Shown piece by piece: positions 13,341 through 27,460 of a stretch of 64,000 nt of DNA (positions are counted from its first letter, which is position 1; each line of letters starts with the position of its first letter). The notes under the pieces were generated by a model. That model saw only the letters and a list, made by a program, of their open reading frames with translations, searched no databases and had not been told where the DNA came from. The stretch lies in the NCBI RefSeq assembly GCF_009914755.1, contig NC_060928.1, one strand, 5' to 3'. This DNA is from the human T2T-CHM13v2.0 reference genome, Homo sapiens. Made by a program: the position numbers and the translations under genes.

Positions 13341-15835
13341 ACGTACTCATGTGCTTCAGTTCCCAGGTTCTTTTCATGGCTGCACAACTTAGCTGCAAGG
13401 CCTTAGGTGCCTTACTTATTCTTTCCAGATTTCATGTCCATCATCTGCACAATGAGCAGGGGGGAATCTATGTGCTTTGAGGTTGTTTCTGGCTTTAAAA
13501 TTCTATAATTGTATGATTTTCTTTCTGCATTATCTTTGTTTGGTGAGAGCTTGCCTTAATCTGATCTATTCCAGAGCAAAATCTCTCAGGTTGACTTGAA
13601 GCTTCAATTTTTACTCTGGTTTTCACACCTTTTTGTTTATTAGGTCATAAGTAATGAGCTCTGAATGCTTAAGAACCTGTTCAAGTTCACATTAGTAGCT
13701 TATCAGGGTTGTAGATAGAGTGAAAACAAATTCGGGCTTTCCTATTTTCTCATTGCAGTATTTAAATCCAGGAGAACATGTTACCTATGAAAATGTAGAA
13801 TCTTTGCATGTCTGTCTTTTCTTCAAGAGATTACAAAACATTTTCCAAGTGTAATAAATGAATCCTTTCCTTATGAATCCCATTTGTAAACAACTGGATT
13901 GATAGGTTCTAAGCACCTTAATAGAGAGTGATGTGTGAGTTTATTTCTACCACTAGATATTGTAACTGTGATAAATGAATCAACTATTTATAATGGTAAG
14001 TTGATTCCCCAGAGATTGCATTTAAATTTATTAGTATAATTTGCATTAGCATTCCTAACTTTAAAACTCTTCTTAAATTCCCTCACCCTTGTGACTGATA
14101 CTCAGTAGGTGGGAAGGATTATCACAGGGGAATGATTGGCTAGACAATGGGTTGTCCTAAATAACATAGTTTTTCTTGGGATAAGAAGTGAACAAAGTTT
14201 CTTTTGTCCTGGAAGTTAAATGGGACTTTTTTTTCAATCTAAGATATAAATTGCATTCCTACATTAAGTTATGTGTATGGCAACGAAGGCACTTGCTTAT
14301 ATTTTTAAGGTAATGATTTCATTCTTTGCATGACATTCTGTCCATTGAAATTGAGTAAAATGTTTTGTTATATAAAATTTGTTCCTCACAGCACGCTGAC
14401 TGTTAGGTGTTATAGTTGTGTAAACTGAGTCCAAGATATTAGCAGGCTTATGTTTACATGGCAAATTCGAAGCAGGATTGCTTTGAGATATAAAAAACGT
14501 TCTGAATATATGGGTGTATTATCCACTCATCCTTTGACTATGAGTGGGAAAGGGAAAAGTGGGAGAAAAATAGGAGAGGGGAAATGAAGAAAGGTACACA
14601 GCTGAGTAAGGAGGACTAAAGAGGTATTTACACCCACTGAGAAAACAATGATTTAAAGGTGCTAAAAACAAACTGGAGAAGTGTTCCTACTTCAGGATCT
14701 GGAGGAAAAGGAAAAGATTTAAATCATTTTAAGCAAACATTTCAAGCAGGACCAGGACTTCAGTGAATACTACTCCAGGGCTAGCTTTTATTATCTTTTC
14801 AATTTTATTATTATGACTTATTAGCACTGGCTGGATTCATACTTTTTGGAGAATTATTTAACTGTTTTGTGTCAACATATCTATGTATAAAATCTGGAAT
14901 AGTCTAAAACTTGGGGGATGGACCAGTATAACCACAGCTTCAGCTCTTCTTCGTTATATAAAAGAGCTGGCAGTACCCTTTTTTTGTTTCTCTTCTCATG
15001 GCCTTCTTATTTATCATTTTTTCCTTTCTGCTTTTTAAAAAAATCTAGAATACATTTCTTTATCCAAATTCTGTATTTTCTTCTTAACAGAGCTCCAAAC
15101 TTACATTCTCCATGAAAACTTTGATGGATAAACCAAATGCATAAATAGCTTTGCCTTATTTCTAACCTCTTTGACCCTGATATATTCAGTTCATATCAAC
15201 AAGTTGTCATTGTCTTCCAGATTGTCTAGTTATGTCATAAATATGTGTTTCAACTCCCCAAGTAGGAACTGATTTTCCTCCTTTTTGTTCATCTCCTATA
15301 ACATTGAGCACAGTGCTGGGCCCCAAATACTTCCGGAATGAATCATGACAAGCTGAAGACTGTGTAAAGATAAAAAGAAAATCATACTGAAGCTCTTCTG
15401 GCAAAAGGTCAGTTGAAATTTATGACAAATGTCAGTAGCTGAAGACGAGATATGGGTGTTGTTCCCAGATATGAAAGGGAGATGACACCAACACAGAGAA
15501 ATGTGAAGCAATTGTTCTGTATTCTTAACAGTCTGTGTATAATCCTAAATGATACACATGGGTTGGCATAGTGTGCTCAGTTTGATTCCAGGGATATCTC
15601 AGGCTTATTTAACAATGCTACCCTTAGAACAACATTAGCATACTAATCTATACTACTGGCCGCGAACCACATTCCTTGGTATCTTTTAACTGGATGGATT
15701 GAGACTATTGCCCCAGATAGCCAGGATAATATTTAGCATGGTGGCCTAGGATTTTAAAAGGGCAGTATCAGGGGGGAAAGTCATGGATTTAAATCATTTT
15801 TCTTTTCCAGGGTTCTTACCAACAACACACCCAGT

Positions 15836-15858
15836 AAAAAAAAAAAAAAAAAAAAAAA
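15836..15858. repeat. Isolated A23 tract
   Basis: Read directly; no adjacent Alu or L1 body. Confidence 0.95.
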
Positions 15859-18800
15859 TCATCTTCTGAAGTTTAAATATCTCTTTCTTTTCTCTTGCTT
15901 GTGCTGGATTATCACTCCTGTGCACTTCACTGAGCTTGAAAATTGCAAAAGAAAGACACAGCTTCCCCACCCCCCAGCTCCTAAACTACTCTGTTTATAG
16001 TCAGTTTGCCTCCCTGGATCTTATGTTTTAACACATGCTGTAGTGTTCAGATTGCAAACACAGCGAAGGGATGTTTAAATCCTAAAAACAAACTGTTTTC
16101 ATTGCAATGTGCAAAACAGCATTCCATGAAGACATTTCAATTAATATTAGCTGAGTGAGGGGAGTCCTCTCTCTGTGGCCTGTTCAGTGTTTGGCCTCTC
16201 TCTGCTGAGACTGCCAACCAGGGTGCTGCCAATTAATGCCAGCTGTGATCTATTGTTTGCTTCTGACACCTGGGAAGTCCCAGATCATCAGACTCCTGCA
16301 AACAGCAGCTGGCTTAGTGGAGGCTGCCAGACTTCGGGGATTCTGAGATCTCTCAGCGAAGGTAGGGGGCCGTCTTGTTTTAGTTAAGGGGATAGTCCGG
16401 AATAGCCAGCTTAAAACCCCAGATGACTTACATTAAACAACCCCCAAATTTGGGGAGGATCAGCCCAAGTCTGTAAGCCTCGTATCTTACTCTAGGTTCC
16501 CATAGGGCAGTCTTTTAAAAAATAAACAAATGTTCCTAATCCTTTCTTATAAAGTCCCAACAAGTCCCTGTTATGCTGTAAAGGTATTTTCAGGACTCCA
16601 TACTTCTACAGGAGGTTCTCAATTTGGTCCAATTGTGCTATAATTTAATTTTACACGTGTTGAAAATGTGTATGCCCTTTCTTTGCCTAAAACCCTAGCC
16701 TTCTATTACAGTACTCACTCTGATCTTCTTACTGATAAGACCTAAGAGCCAACCTTTACTGAGTGCTTATTATGTGCTAGGCACTGAGCCCTTTACAAGT
16801 TTTATCATTTTATTTCATTTATTTTTAATAAGCATGTTTGATCATAGTAATGATGTCAAGTGGATGAAAAGTCAGTTGGGTACAAGGGTTTCTTTTTTTA
16901 ACCTTCAAATATTATTGTTCTTAAATGATAACCATGTTTTATTCTGACTTGGGCCCGCTTTGAGGAAGAACTTGAGCAAGTTATGCTGCCTGACTGTATT
17001 TCACTGTGGTGGGGTTGTTAGATGAGCTGTCTCATTCCTTCTTTTTTGGGGGGTTTTGAGAGAGTTCTGATGTTTTTGCCTAGTCCTCTGGAATTATAAA
17101 TGTCAGGAAGACAGAAGCTACCTGTCTGTGTCATATTAGTGCCCTTCCTACAATCTGTAAATTCTAATAAGGCCCTGTAGGAATAGCAGAAAATACCATA
17201 GACTCTTTCTCCTGAGAGAGACAATGTTGAGACGGGTGGTAACCGGCCCAGTAAGTCTGGCCCAAAAATATGACTAGATCTTCTGTCTCCTGATGCCTTC
17301 TTTGCATCCTGAATTCTTTTCATATGGATGCCCTTCAAAGCTGGCTGGTAGCCCTCCTTCTACTCGGGGCTCCTAGGCTTCAGGGTTGGAGCCTGCTGAT
17401 GGTGTTAAACACACAGTGACTTTATGGTGCTGGTCATTGAGGCTAAGGTGAAGCCAGTTGCACTTGATTTATTCAGTACATGATTCCATGTCTCAAGAAG
17501 TGAAAATCCAGTGAACTGAGCCTGTGCCCTAGTTCTCATTAACAACTTAATCCAAATCCACTTGAAATGCTCACTCTTAAAGTCGTCAGTGATGATGGCA
17601 TGATTTGTTTGCTGAGGTCTGTTAGTTCAATAGGATAATTATAAATAGAATTTATAAACAGTTCCGAATAATACTCTATTTCTTGTAAATCAATGTAAAA
17701 TTTCCCAAGGAGTTGAAATTAATTTTACGTTTGTGCGATATACAAATAAGTGAGAGCCCTTCAGTGTTCAGTGCTCAGTGTGCAAAACTACAGAGTCATC
17801 TCACATGTTTCTTTGAAATAAACTATGTAAAACTAAGAAAGTGGGAAAGAAAAATTAGAACAAAAGATATTCTAGGTGATTTCTTATAGTCATATCATGA
17901 TCAGGTTAATTTATATAAGACATTTGATACATTTCATCTACATCAGCTTGTTTAGAAGTCTAGAGTCAAAGCCTTCTCTGATCCAGACTTGGTGGACTAT
18001 CTGAGCAGAAGAATGTGCTGGCAGGCTGATTGAGCTATGTCATTTTATTGAGGGTTTGATCCAGGAAAGAATTAAAACCATACTTTGCTCTACCCCCTAT
18101 ACAGTCATTTAGTACTAGAAGTTTGCTTCTATAAACAAAAGGCCGTCATCACTTCTTCCTCTGTTCTTTAGATCTTTGAAAATCAAGCCAATTCACAGTG
18201 GCCCTATATGTAATTTTTATAGCCTAAAGAACATATCAGAAGTATCTGTCTAATCTCCCTATCCACCCTCCACTATTAGATCTAGAAAAGGCACGAGCAT
18301 CATATAAAATTCATGCCAGAAAACTATCTTTATATTAACTATAATTATTCTAACTATAATTATTCTGTGTTGGCATTTTTCTTCTGCTGCCCTTTATTAC
18401 ATAAGTGGGAAAACTATGATTTTAAGTAAATGAAATAGCCACTGAACTAAAATAAATGTGACTTGATACATATTCTCTTAATGAAATGTCTGTTGGAGAC
18501 TAGAATAACGTTTTGGGATACTAGCCAAGTCAAACCTTAAGACTTTTTAGGTTTGACTGATGCTAGGGAGCTGTTGGATTCTGGAAATAAAACAAAGGTG
18601 TTTTACACCTGATAGAAATTATTGAACATGTCGAAGACAGGTTCAAAGGTATTTTCATTTCAACTTAAAAAAAGTAGTGCAGGGAACATAGGTAAGCTTA
18701 GAATATGGCTATTTTTAACTGAAACTGTACTGACTTTCTTTTTGAAGATGCTGATACAACTTCTGACACTGTTGGTGATGAGTGGTGCATAACAGCCATT

Positions 18801-19350
18801 TCAGCTCTGAGGCTATCAAATAGTGAAAGAGAATCTTCTACATACAAATCCCAGGACACCAGAACAGCTCTTAACAGCCCTCACTTTCCTGAGTAAGCTG
18901 AAGGTGGCTAACTAAAAGGCCTGAGAGAAATTACTGCCTAAACAATGAAGGAAGGAGAAAACCCCCAAGGAAGACAATGTAAAGATTAAGTAACAAGGTT
19001 TCAATTTGATACAATGTGGGGAATTTCAGTTTAATTCTAATTTATACTAATTTCTCATAATTGTCTTGATCCTTTACGTAGAGATCGGTTTGGATAAAGG
19101 AATCATAGCTATGAGAAGGCAGTTAGTTACTCAGTGAATCCAAATGGCAAATTCTCTGATGAGAAAGGGGATGTCCTCAGGGAGGTCTAATCATATGTTT
19201 TCTTAAACCAAACTCTTTTCCTTTTCATTAGGCTTTCTTGAGGCAATTGGCTAATTAATGATAATAAATAGTTATTGAGCATCACAGATATTCTAAATCC
19301 TCCAGTGTCATACATTTGGAAGGAAAAAAGACCAGTAGATAAACTTAGGA

Positions 19351-19353
<3 letters not shown>

Positions 19354-19400
<47 letters not shown>
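19354..19400. repeat. (GT)~23 microsatellite
   Basis: Read directly from the sequence. Confidence 0.98.
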
Positions 19401-19408
<8 letters not shown>

Positions 19409-19831
19409 ACAAACATGCCTTAAAACCAGGAATTGTGGTTGTAAACTGGGAAGACATACATAAAAGATGGGATGGCTTAAGTCACAGAGACAGACAGAAA
19501 CTTCACTTTGTGTGATCATGCAGAGCTCTCCTTATATATAATAGGTGTAAGAATAATCATTTCCACATCTGTATTTGGACTTTGGCCCCATCTCTTAAAT
19601 CAGAGTTATAAATTCTGTGAAGCTGATTAATCTTATTTTATGGGTAGCTGTAAATAAAGAGAAAGGCTGTCTTTCAGCCTTACTTAAGGAAAAACAAGAA
19701 ATCTTTGCAAAATAGAAATTTGGGAAAGGATGTTGAGAGGGTATGATGGTAGGTACACGGGAGACATACTGGGTTTGCTCTTGTTATCTAGGGAATGGAA
19801 TGAGGGTGTCTTTTCAAAGCAGGGGGTAATA

Positions 19832-20072
19832 AAAAGAGCTTAGGCTTTGGGGTGCAGCAGCTCTGACTTTGGATCCTGGCTCTCCACTGACCAGCTTTGT
19901 GACTTTGGACATGTTACTTAACCTCTCTGACGCCAAGTTTTATTTGTAAAAATGGAGATAATACCCAGATTACAGAATTGTTTTGGGAATTAGGGATGAT
20001 TATAAAAGTACACAGGGATGATTAGTAAAGTACACAGTGTTTGGCACTTAATAATCGGTAGCTGTTATTATT
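19832..20072 (+). mobile_element. MIR SINE
   Basis: ggatcctggctctccactgaccagctttgtgactttggacatgttacttaacctctctga...tgtaaaaatggagataata. Confidence 0.85.
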
Positions 20073-20669
20073 GATATTACTGTTTGATTGCAAAGCTGAA
20101 AAGGCCTCAGAAATCACAATCAGATGGCTCATGTGAGATCATGATGGGGTCCTCTCTTCTGAAAACACATGCTACTTAAGTCTGTGAGAGGAATTATGGA
20201 TGAATTGTCACAGATTAAACTTTATGAGGTAGCTCTCGTTGGTGCGTGATGGTTTGCACTTTGCTATTCTTCCTTTTCGCATGAGAGAATCTCATCTCTG
20301 GAATGAAATTTACCTGGATTTATCACAAGAGCACATGCTTCGAGTTTGATTTGGATGCGATCACCTGTTACCCTGAAATGAAAACTTCTTTTTCTTGTTT
20401 TGGGAGAATCTCCCTGGCTTAATTGAAGAAGTTTCCCCTCAAAGATTCATTCAGATTCACTCAGATCAGAGGGTAATCTTCTAATTTAAAAGCCAATTTA
20501 TGACGAAAATCCTAATGCAAAGAGGCAAACGTGTCTACTAGAGTTGGGCACAATAGATTTGTGTAGTTGTAACATTTTTTGCTACTTTTTTTCCCCAAGC
20601 AATCTCAAAAACAACAACAAAAAAGTATGTTAACAAGACTAGTTGAAATTAATACTCTGCTATTAGAGT

Positions 20670-20975
20670 GTACGCGGACCGGCTCACTCCCTTCTTTTCC
20701 ACCGTGCTGCACGCTGCAGTTCCTAGAAGACACGACACGCTCCTTCCTTAACGAATTCCATCCCTGAAATCAGTGACGATTGGCATCAGGCCAGGTCGAC
20801 TTCTTTTGGACTCCTTACAAGACCTTGTTCGTATTTTGTTTTTATTAGTTCTTACTATTCTAATTTCTCTCACTGTCGCATTTTTCATTGGTTTAAGCTC
20901 TCAGCAGTCTTGCTTTCTTGCCAACTTAAAAACAAACAAATAAAACCAAGTTAGCACTGGGGCGGGTTTCCCCCA
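20670..20975. promoter_or_regulatory. Candidate cis-regulatory element (local CpG cluster with CCAAT and GC box)
   Basis: 11 CpGs in 20673-20831 in otherwise CpG-depleted non-repeat DNA. ATTGG at 20779, TGACG just before it, GGGGCGGG at 20959. Confidence 0.35.
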
Positions 20976-23165
20976 ACTCACAGCACTAATTGTATAATCA
21001 CCACTCAAAAGTCAACAGACTAAGTCCAATTTGTTTTTAAACACGGGCAACTCTTGAGCCTTTGCATTTGGAAATGTCTTTCTGCCCATTTGTTGGATTT
21101 AGAATAATAAACTGCCTATGTAAATGAGAGGGTGCCAGCCTTCAGCAGCCCACACCCTCAAACTGCCACTCGACGATTCAAACATACAGTTCTTGAGGAA
21201 AAGCCTGTTGTGAAAGTTAATGGTTATAAAAAGCACTTATTTACATCTGTTTTAGTGTAGCCTTGAAGAGTGCAATTAATTAAGAAGTTTCTGGTGTGGT
21301 AAGAATAATCATACAGCAGGAATGCAAACACGTGATTTCCAAAGAGAATTTTATTCCATATGGTATTTTTCCCCTAACTAAGAATTAATTGCAACTTTAA
21401 AGAAGGTTTGATTGTGTCTATGAAAAACATTTTAACTACTGAGGAATTCTAAATGACTTCAATTTAAAATTTTCTTTTTTTACATTGTTAGAGTCAAGAA
21501 AGAAGTGCTTTCATCAAGCTCTGAGTTATAGAATTTATTAGAGTAAAGGGAAGAGGATAGCCTTCAGATGTCTTCTGTGGTGAAATGTTGAAGTTAAAAA
21601 TTTTAAATGTTTGCAGACTAAAGACATCCTCGGCTGTGAGGCCTAAAAGAATAAACAAAATGTGACATGTTTTATTTTGTTACTTAACCCTTGTATAAAA
21701 AAGCACAACAAAAAATGTATATAAATCATATTTTTATTTCTTTCTGAAAACACGGACATGGATTTTTGGTGATGATCTTCTATGTAGTGGCATCATGCCA
21801 TAGGTTAAAGAGTGGTTAGTGTGTATGCAAATAGCTTTATTTTGGTATGGCAGTTTCTTAAAGCAGAAAGTTTTAAAGGTATACAACATAAATTCTGTGA
21901 AGATATGTTCTTCTCCTTCTGTTGCAATATGCTACGCATTCCAGTATTTTGCTGTAGCCCAGCAATGAACAATGCAAAGAGATGAAGAGGGGAAAAACAA
22001 AAACATGGCAGCTGAAAGCAAGACTGGTGGAGAAAGGATGCTCGTTGCTGCCTAGGCACAGAAAGAGAATGTGACATCCTAGAGGAGGGAAAAAGAATAA
22101 AAACAACTTGGATACAGGCAGAGAACCTATTTCTATCAAATGCAGTTACAACAGTTGCTGAGAAGAAAATTTCAATCAATAACAAAGAGCTCTTATCACA
22201 TGCAACTTTAATTTGATTGGCATGACATTTCCATTATATGCTAATGAATTACAGATGATGAGAACGGCTGTTGCCTTCTGAGTGCAATTGAACATTCATC
22301 AATCAGTTACTTAAATGCCAGACTGTCTGAAATATTAAAGGAAGTTGTTGCTATTTTGGAGATGAAAGTAAACAAACTGGAAATCTTGAATTAATTGAGA
22401 AAAGGATACACGTTGATAAGTAGGATTTGGCAAGTTATTACTTCTCTGAGTGGATGTCAGTGCAGGTATCTTATTCTCAGTGGAATAAGTGTGTCCCTGC
22501 AAAGCTAACTGAAAAACAAATTCTCTTAAGTGAATCCTGTTTTTCTGTTGACTAGCATTATACAATTATTGACTATTACTCTGGGGAAAAAAAGGCTGAT
22601 CCTAGAATGTAATAAGATCACTCTCAAGTATGCAACATTTTTGACAATTCAAGTTTAAAGGAAAATAACTATCCACTAAAATATTAACAATAATCCTCAA
22701 AATAGCAGGAACATTGAAATTATCACAATTGAGTAACAGTACTAAATAAAGTTGTTGCAAAAGAAAAATGCAAAAGAAAAAACACATGATATAAAATTAC
22801 TAAATTTTCATCCTTTCCCCATCAAAAAAATCCAAAATGTTTGGAGCTTTAGAATTTTAATTAAGGTTTTCATCAGTCTCAAGCCACCTAAAGATGTCTA
22901 AGTTTATTTTTTCATCATCCTTTCCACTTCCCTTTTACTTGTCCTTAGCATTTTACTCTAGATGGTTTTCCTATTAATTTAAAAAATAGTTATGCTGCTT
23001 TACATGTGAGGAAATGGAACATTCAGCTAAGTGCTAAAATATCTAATCTTTGCAAAACACGAATTTTGTTCTGCTTTCTGCAGAGACATGGTCAGCTGGG
23101 GTATTTAGGTAATGGCAAAGATGATCAATTTGCAAACTTTTTGTGCTATAAAAATTGATTTGTTA

Positions 23166-23990
23166 CCACTACCTCACACCAATTAGGATGGCTGCTATTA
23201 AAAAAGCCAGAATGTAACAAGTGTTGGCAAAGATGTAGAGAAATTGGAACCCTTGTGCACTGTTGGTAAGAAAGTAACATGCCAGCTTCTGTGGAAAACA
23301 GCACGATAGTTTCTCAAAAATTAAAAATAGGATTACCATAATCATAATTATCTAGCAATTCTACCTCTGCATATGTATCCCACATAATTGAAGAGATATT
23401 TATATACCCATGCTCATAGTCTTAAAATATGCTAGTTTTGGTGGAAAACTTGAGTTAAAATTTCTTAAATATTGAAACGTCTTGTCAAAACTTTCCAAGC
23501 TATTAACTTTTCCCTTCCTGAAGTCTTATTCATATCCAGCCAAAATGTGGAGGCAACCCAAGTGTCCACTGACTGGTGAGTGGATAAACAAAATGTGGTC
23601 TATACATACAACAAACTATTATCCAGTCTTTCAAAGGAGGGAATTCTGACACATCATCAGCATGGATAATCCTTGAGGACATTATGCTAAGTGAAATAAG
23701 CCAGTCACAAAGGACAAATACTGTAGGATTCCATTTATATGAGGAACTAGAATAGACAAATTTACAAAGACAGAAAGTAAAATGATGGTTGCCAGGGGCT
23801 AGAGTGAGGAGGGAATGGGAATTACTGTTTTATGGGTCTGAAGTTTCTATCTGGAAAGATGAAAGATGTTCTGGAGATGGATGGTGGTGGTAGTTACACA
23901 GCAATGTGAATGTACTTAGTGCTCCTGAACTGTATATTTAAAATAATCAAGATGGTAAATGTTATGTGATATGTAATTAATTAATTCACA
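23166..23990 (+). mobile_element. L1MB-like 3' end, interrupted by a ~105-bp non-L1 insert
   Basis: ccactacctcacaccaattaggatggct...gaggacattatgctaagtgaaataagccagtcacaaaggacaaatactg...gatggatggtggtggtagttacacagcaatgtgaatgtactta. Confidence 0.9.
23424..23530 (+). repeat. Dispersed direct repeat, copy 1 (partner 25959-26061)
   Basis: aaaatatgctagttttggt...ttgagttaaaat..t.aaatattgaaa.gtcttgtcaaaa.tttccaa.ctatt...cctgaagtctt is present at both loci. Confidence 0.9.
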
Positions 23991-24410
23991 ATTAATAATG
24001 AAATTTTAAAAGTTGTAAAAAATGGATTTGTTGCCAAATGACTAGATTTACGAATTAAAGCAATGTCTGCTATACTAATTAGGATGTATTACTGAATCAA
24101 CACAGTTTTTTGAGAATTATTAGACTTTTCTGAAACGTACATAGAGAGAAAATGTCAAATAGATTTGGCTGCCTCTGTTCGAACAAGCAGAGGTGGCACT
24201 AAATGTTCCAAATTCTATTCATATGAGGGCACTTCTTCTTAAAACACATAACTTTATTTCTTTGTAGCTCTCTTAGTAAATTCTCCAGAGAGTAAGAGCA
24301 AAAGCTGGGGGTGTTTGAGGAATAGCCAGGGGTCTGAGTGACTGGAGAAACATGAAGAAGGTGGGGCAGAGGGAGGAGGTTAGTTCAGATGAAGTCAGAG
24401 AGCCAACTAG

Positions 24411-24784
<374 letters not shown>

Positions 24785-25958
24785 TGTGATTTGATATATG
24801 TTTAAAAAGTACACAAACTGTGTACTACAAGGGAGATGAAATGGAAGTGCAGAAATGGAATTCTAGAGGTGAGAGATTACTTTCACCTGGGGGAATCCTG
24901 GAAACAAAAATCTGAGGCTGAGCTACAGAGGAGAAAGAAATGTATTCCTTTTCACATTTGAGTATGCTTGAGAATCTCTAAACAGCACAACTGCACCAAG
25001 AATTCTCTTGCATTATTACTCTGTACTATTAATTTGTTTGTTGATAGCAGCAAATGAGCTTTCACTTACTGAGTCCTGTGTGAGCCCAGACTATTTCAGC
25101 ACTTAAGAGTCCTTCAATGACTACCTCAGAGGTGGATCTCAGGGTGTCTGGGGCTCCTATGCACATATGTTTCTTGTTGTTTACAAAGCTCTTTGGACTT
25201 AATCTGAATGACAGTTGCCCTAAAAAGCTGGAGACAAATGACTAGCCATAAAGTTTTATTTTTCAACATTTAATTTTTAGAATAATTAATTTAATAACAG
25301 ATTTTAGGGCATGTATTCCTTGCTACTTAGTGGTTTATGTCTCTTTTAGGAGAATACCTCATTATGTTCTCTATATTGTCACATAAGAGATGCTGGTTCT
25401 GCTTTTGATTCTAGGAGTCAGTTTAAGTGACCATAGATGATATACGTAGTGTATATCATCTAGGGCTGGAAGGTAATCAATTAACAAACGGTTTAAATTG
25501 CTTGGGCCTGAAGATTCTAGAGTTTCTGCAAGAACAAAATCAAGCCTGTCTTCTATATCCTTGAGAAAACCTTCTATATTTATAGTAGTGCTTTCCTCAA
25601 ATTCAACCTGACTGTAAAAATGCATGATGATGTGCCAAATAAAGGAAGTGTGCGTGCACACACACACACACACAAAATTAGTAAGAATTAGTAACAACAA
25701 ATTCTAAACACAAGCCTTGATATGCTAAAAACTATAATATGGTAAAAAAATAAAAATAAAAAAATCAAATGCTTTCAGCTTAAAATGCCCTGCCAAGGTT
25801 TTTTTCTTCAACCCAAAATGCTCACTTAAGTAATCTTCTACCACAAAGTTAAAGCTATACAGAGTAAACAGAAATAGAACTCAACTGTGCCCTTCCTTGG
25901 TATATTCAAATAACTTTCTTCAACACTTATGCAATTCTGTGAATTGGTAACGTCATTG

Positions 25959-26061
25959 AAAATATGCTAGTTTTGGTATAAGTTGAGTTAAAATGTCTCA
26001 AATATTGAAAAGTCTTGTCAAAAGTTTCCAAACTATTTTTTCTCTCCCTGAAGTCTTTATT
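25959..26061 (+). repeat. Dispersed direct repeat, copy 2 (likely donor)
   Basis: Aligns by eye to 23424-23530 at roughly 80-85% identity. Confidence 0.9.
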
Positions 26062-26809
26062 TGGTGCAAATTCAGCATTTAAATATTTGTGCTAATTTAA
26101 GTTTTCATTACATTTTTTCTTTGGAAAAAAAATTTGGTTGAATGATTGACTAATTATAAAAGATATGGCCCAAATTAAAAATAACTGAAGTTTATGACAT
26201 TGAAGGAAGATATGCTTTATCTCTGTACTCTAAATACAATTCTATTCTTTTTCCTGAAATTATATCTGTGAATTTCTGTATTCTTTCTATTTTGTTAAAA
26301 AATTTATTTGAAAAATGCTGAAAAACCCAAAATGCAAAAACTACTTAGAATTAAACAATTTAGGAAACAACACAGATGTACAAGTGAGAGCCATCCCTAG
26401 GCACTGCCCCTGCTTCACTAATTCTACAACAGAGTGGTAACCCAGTTAACCTATGTTTTTCAATTTTCATGTGTTTATAGGCAGTCCTATGTATACATAT
26501 CTACCAAACAACTGACTCTGCTATTCATTGGTCCTGTAATTTAACTTCGTTTTTCTTTTTATCTATGGCTAGCTTTCTATCTATCTAATTCTATCTTTCT
26601 ATCTAATTCTACCTCAGATGTCACAGTCTGGAGGTCTGCTGGGGAAAGGGACTACACATAAATTTTGCTTGGTTTGAGCCATTTAATGTGTTTGAAAAAA
26701 TGGAATTTGCATCCCTTTTGATGACAGGCCTTCTGATTCCTATTAATTTCACTCAACTCTTTATTATCATATCTGCTTAGTGATCTGAAGCATTTATATT
26801 TGCGGCTTC

Positions 26810-27460
26810 CAAATAATATTCCATTATATTGTTATAGTCTCATTTATTTAGCCCCTCCTCATATTGGAACTTGAAGTGGCTCTTCCTCCCCACCTTTTTT
26901 TTTATTATTAAAAACAATGCTGTCCTGATCATTCTTAAGTACCTACTCTATGTTATTTCTTTGGTATAAATTTTTGAAAGTGGGGTTGCTCAGTTGTAGA
27001 ATATTACATATTTAAAACTTTTATAGACAGTGCAAATTACTCTAAAACACAAAATTACCATTTATACTTCCAGGAATAGTATATAGGAGTTAAATTTTCT
27101 TATACCCTTTACCAATAGGTTGTATCGACTTGTTAAATTTTTTTCATTCTGAATAGCGATAAAATTATTATGGCTTTAAAAAGTATTTTTTAAACTATTG
27201 ATGAAATTGACCTTTTCATATGTTTATTGCTATATGTATATATATATGTATATATATAGTCTGTGAATTTCACAATCCTATGCTATGACTGTTTTTCATA
27301 TGGATAATCTGTCTGAAATGTAAAATATTAATCTTTGCTTTAAATGTTGAAGATAACTTTTTTTAGTTTTTGGATGTCTTTTAACTTTGTTCTTTTACCT
27401 TTTGACATATAGGAATTTAAGATTTGTATTTAATTAAATTTCTTATGTGTCGCTTTAAAA
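26810..27460 (-). mobile_element. Ancient L1M fragment
   Basis: ttccattatatt...aaattaccatttatacttccaggaatagtatataggagtt...cttttcatatgtttattg are antisense L1M motifs. Confidence 0.55.

Noticed and set aside
18336-18365. 15-bp tandem duplication (similar ones near 4870 and 26575)
   Set aside because: Ordinary replication slippage.
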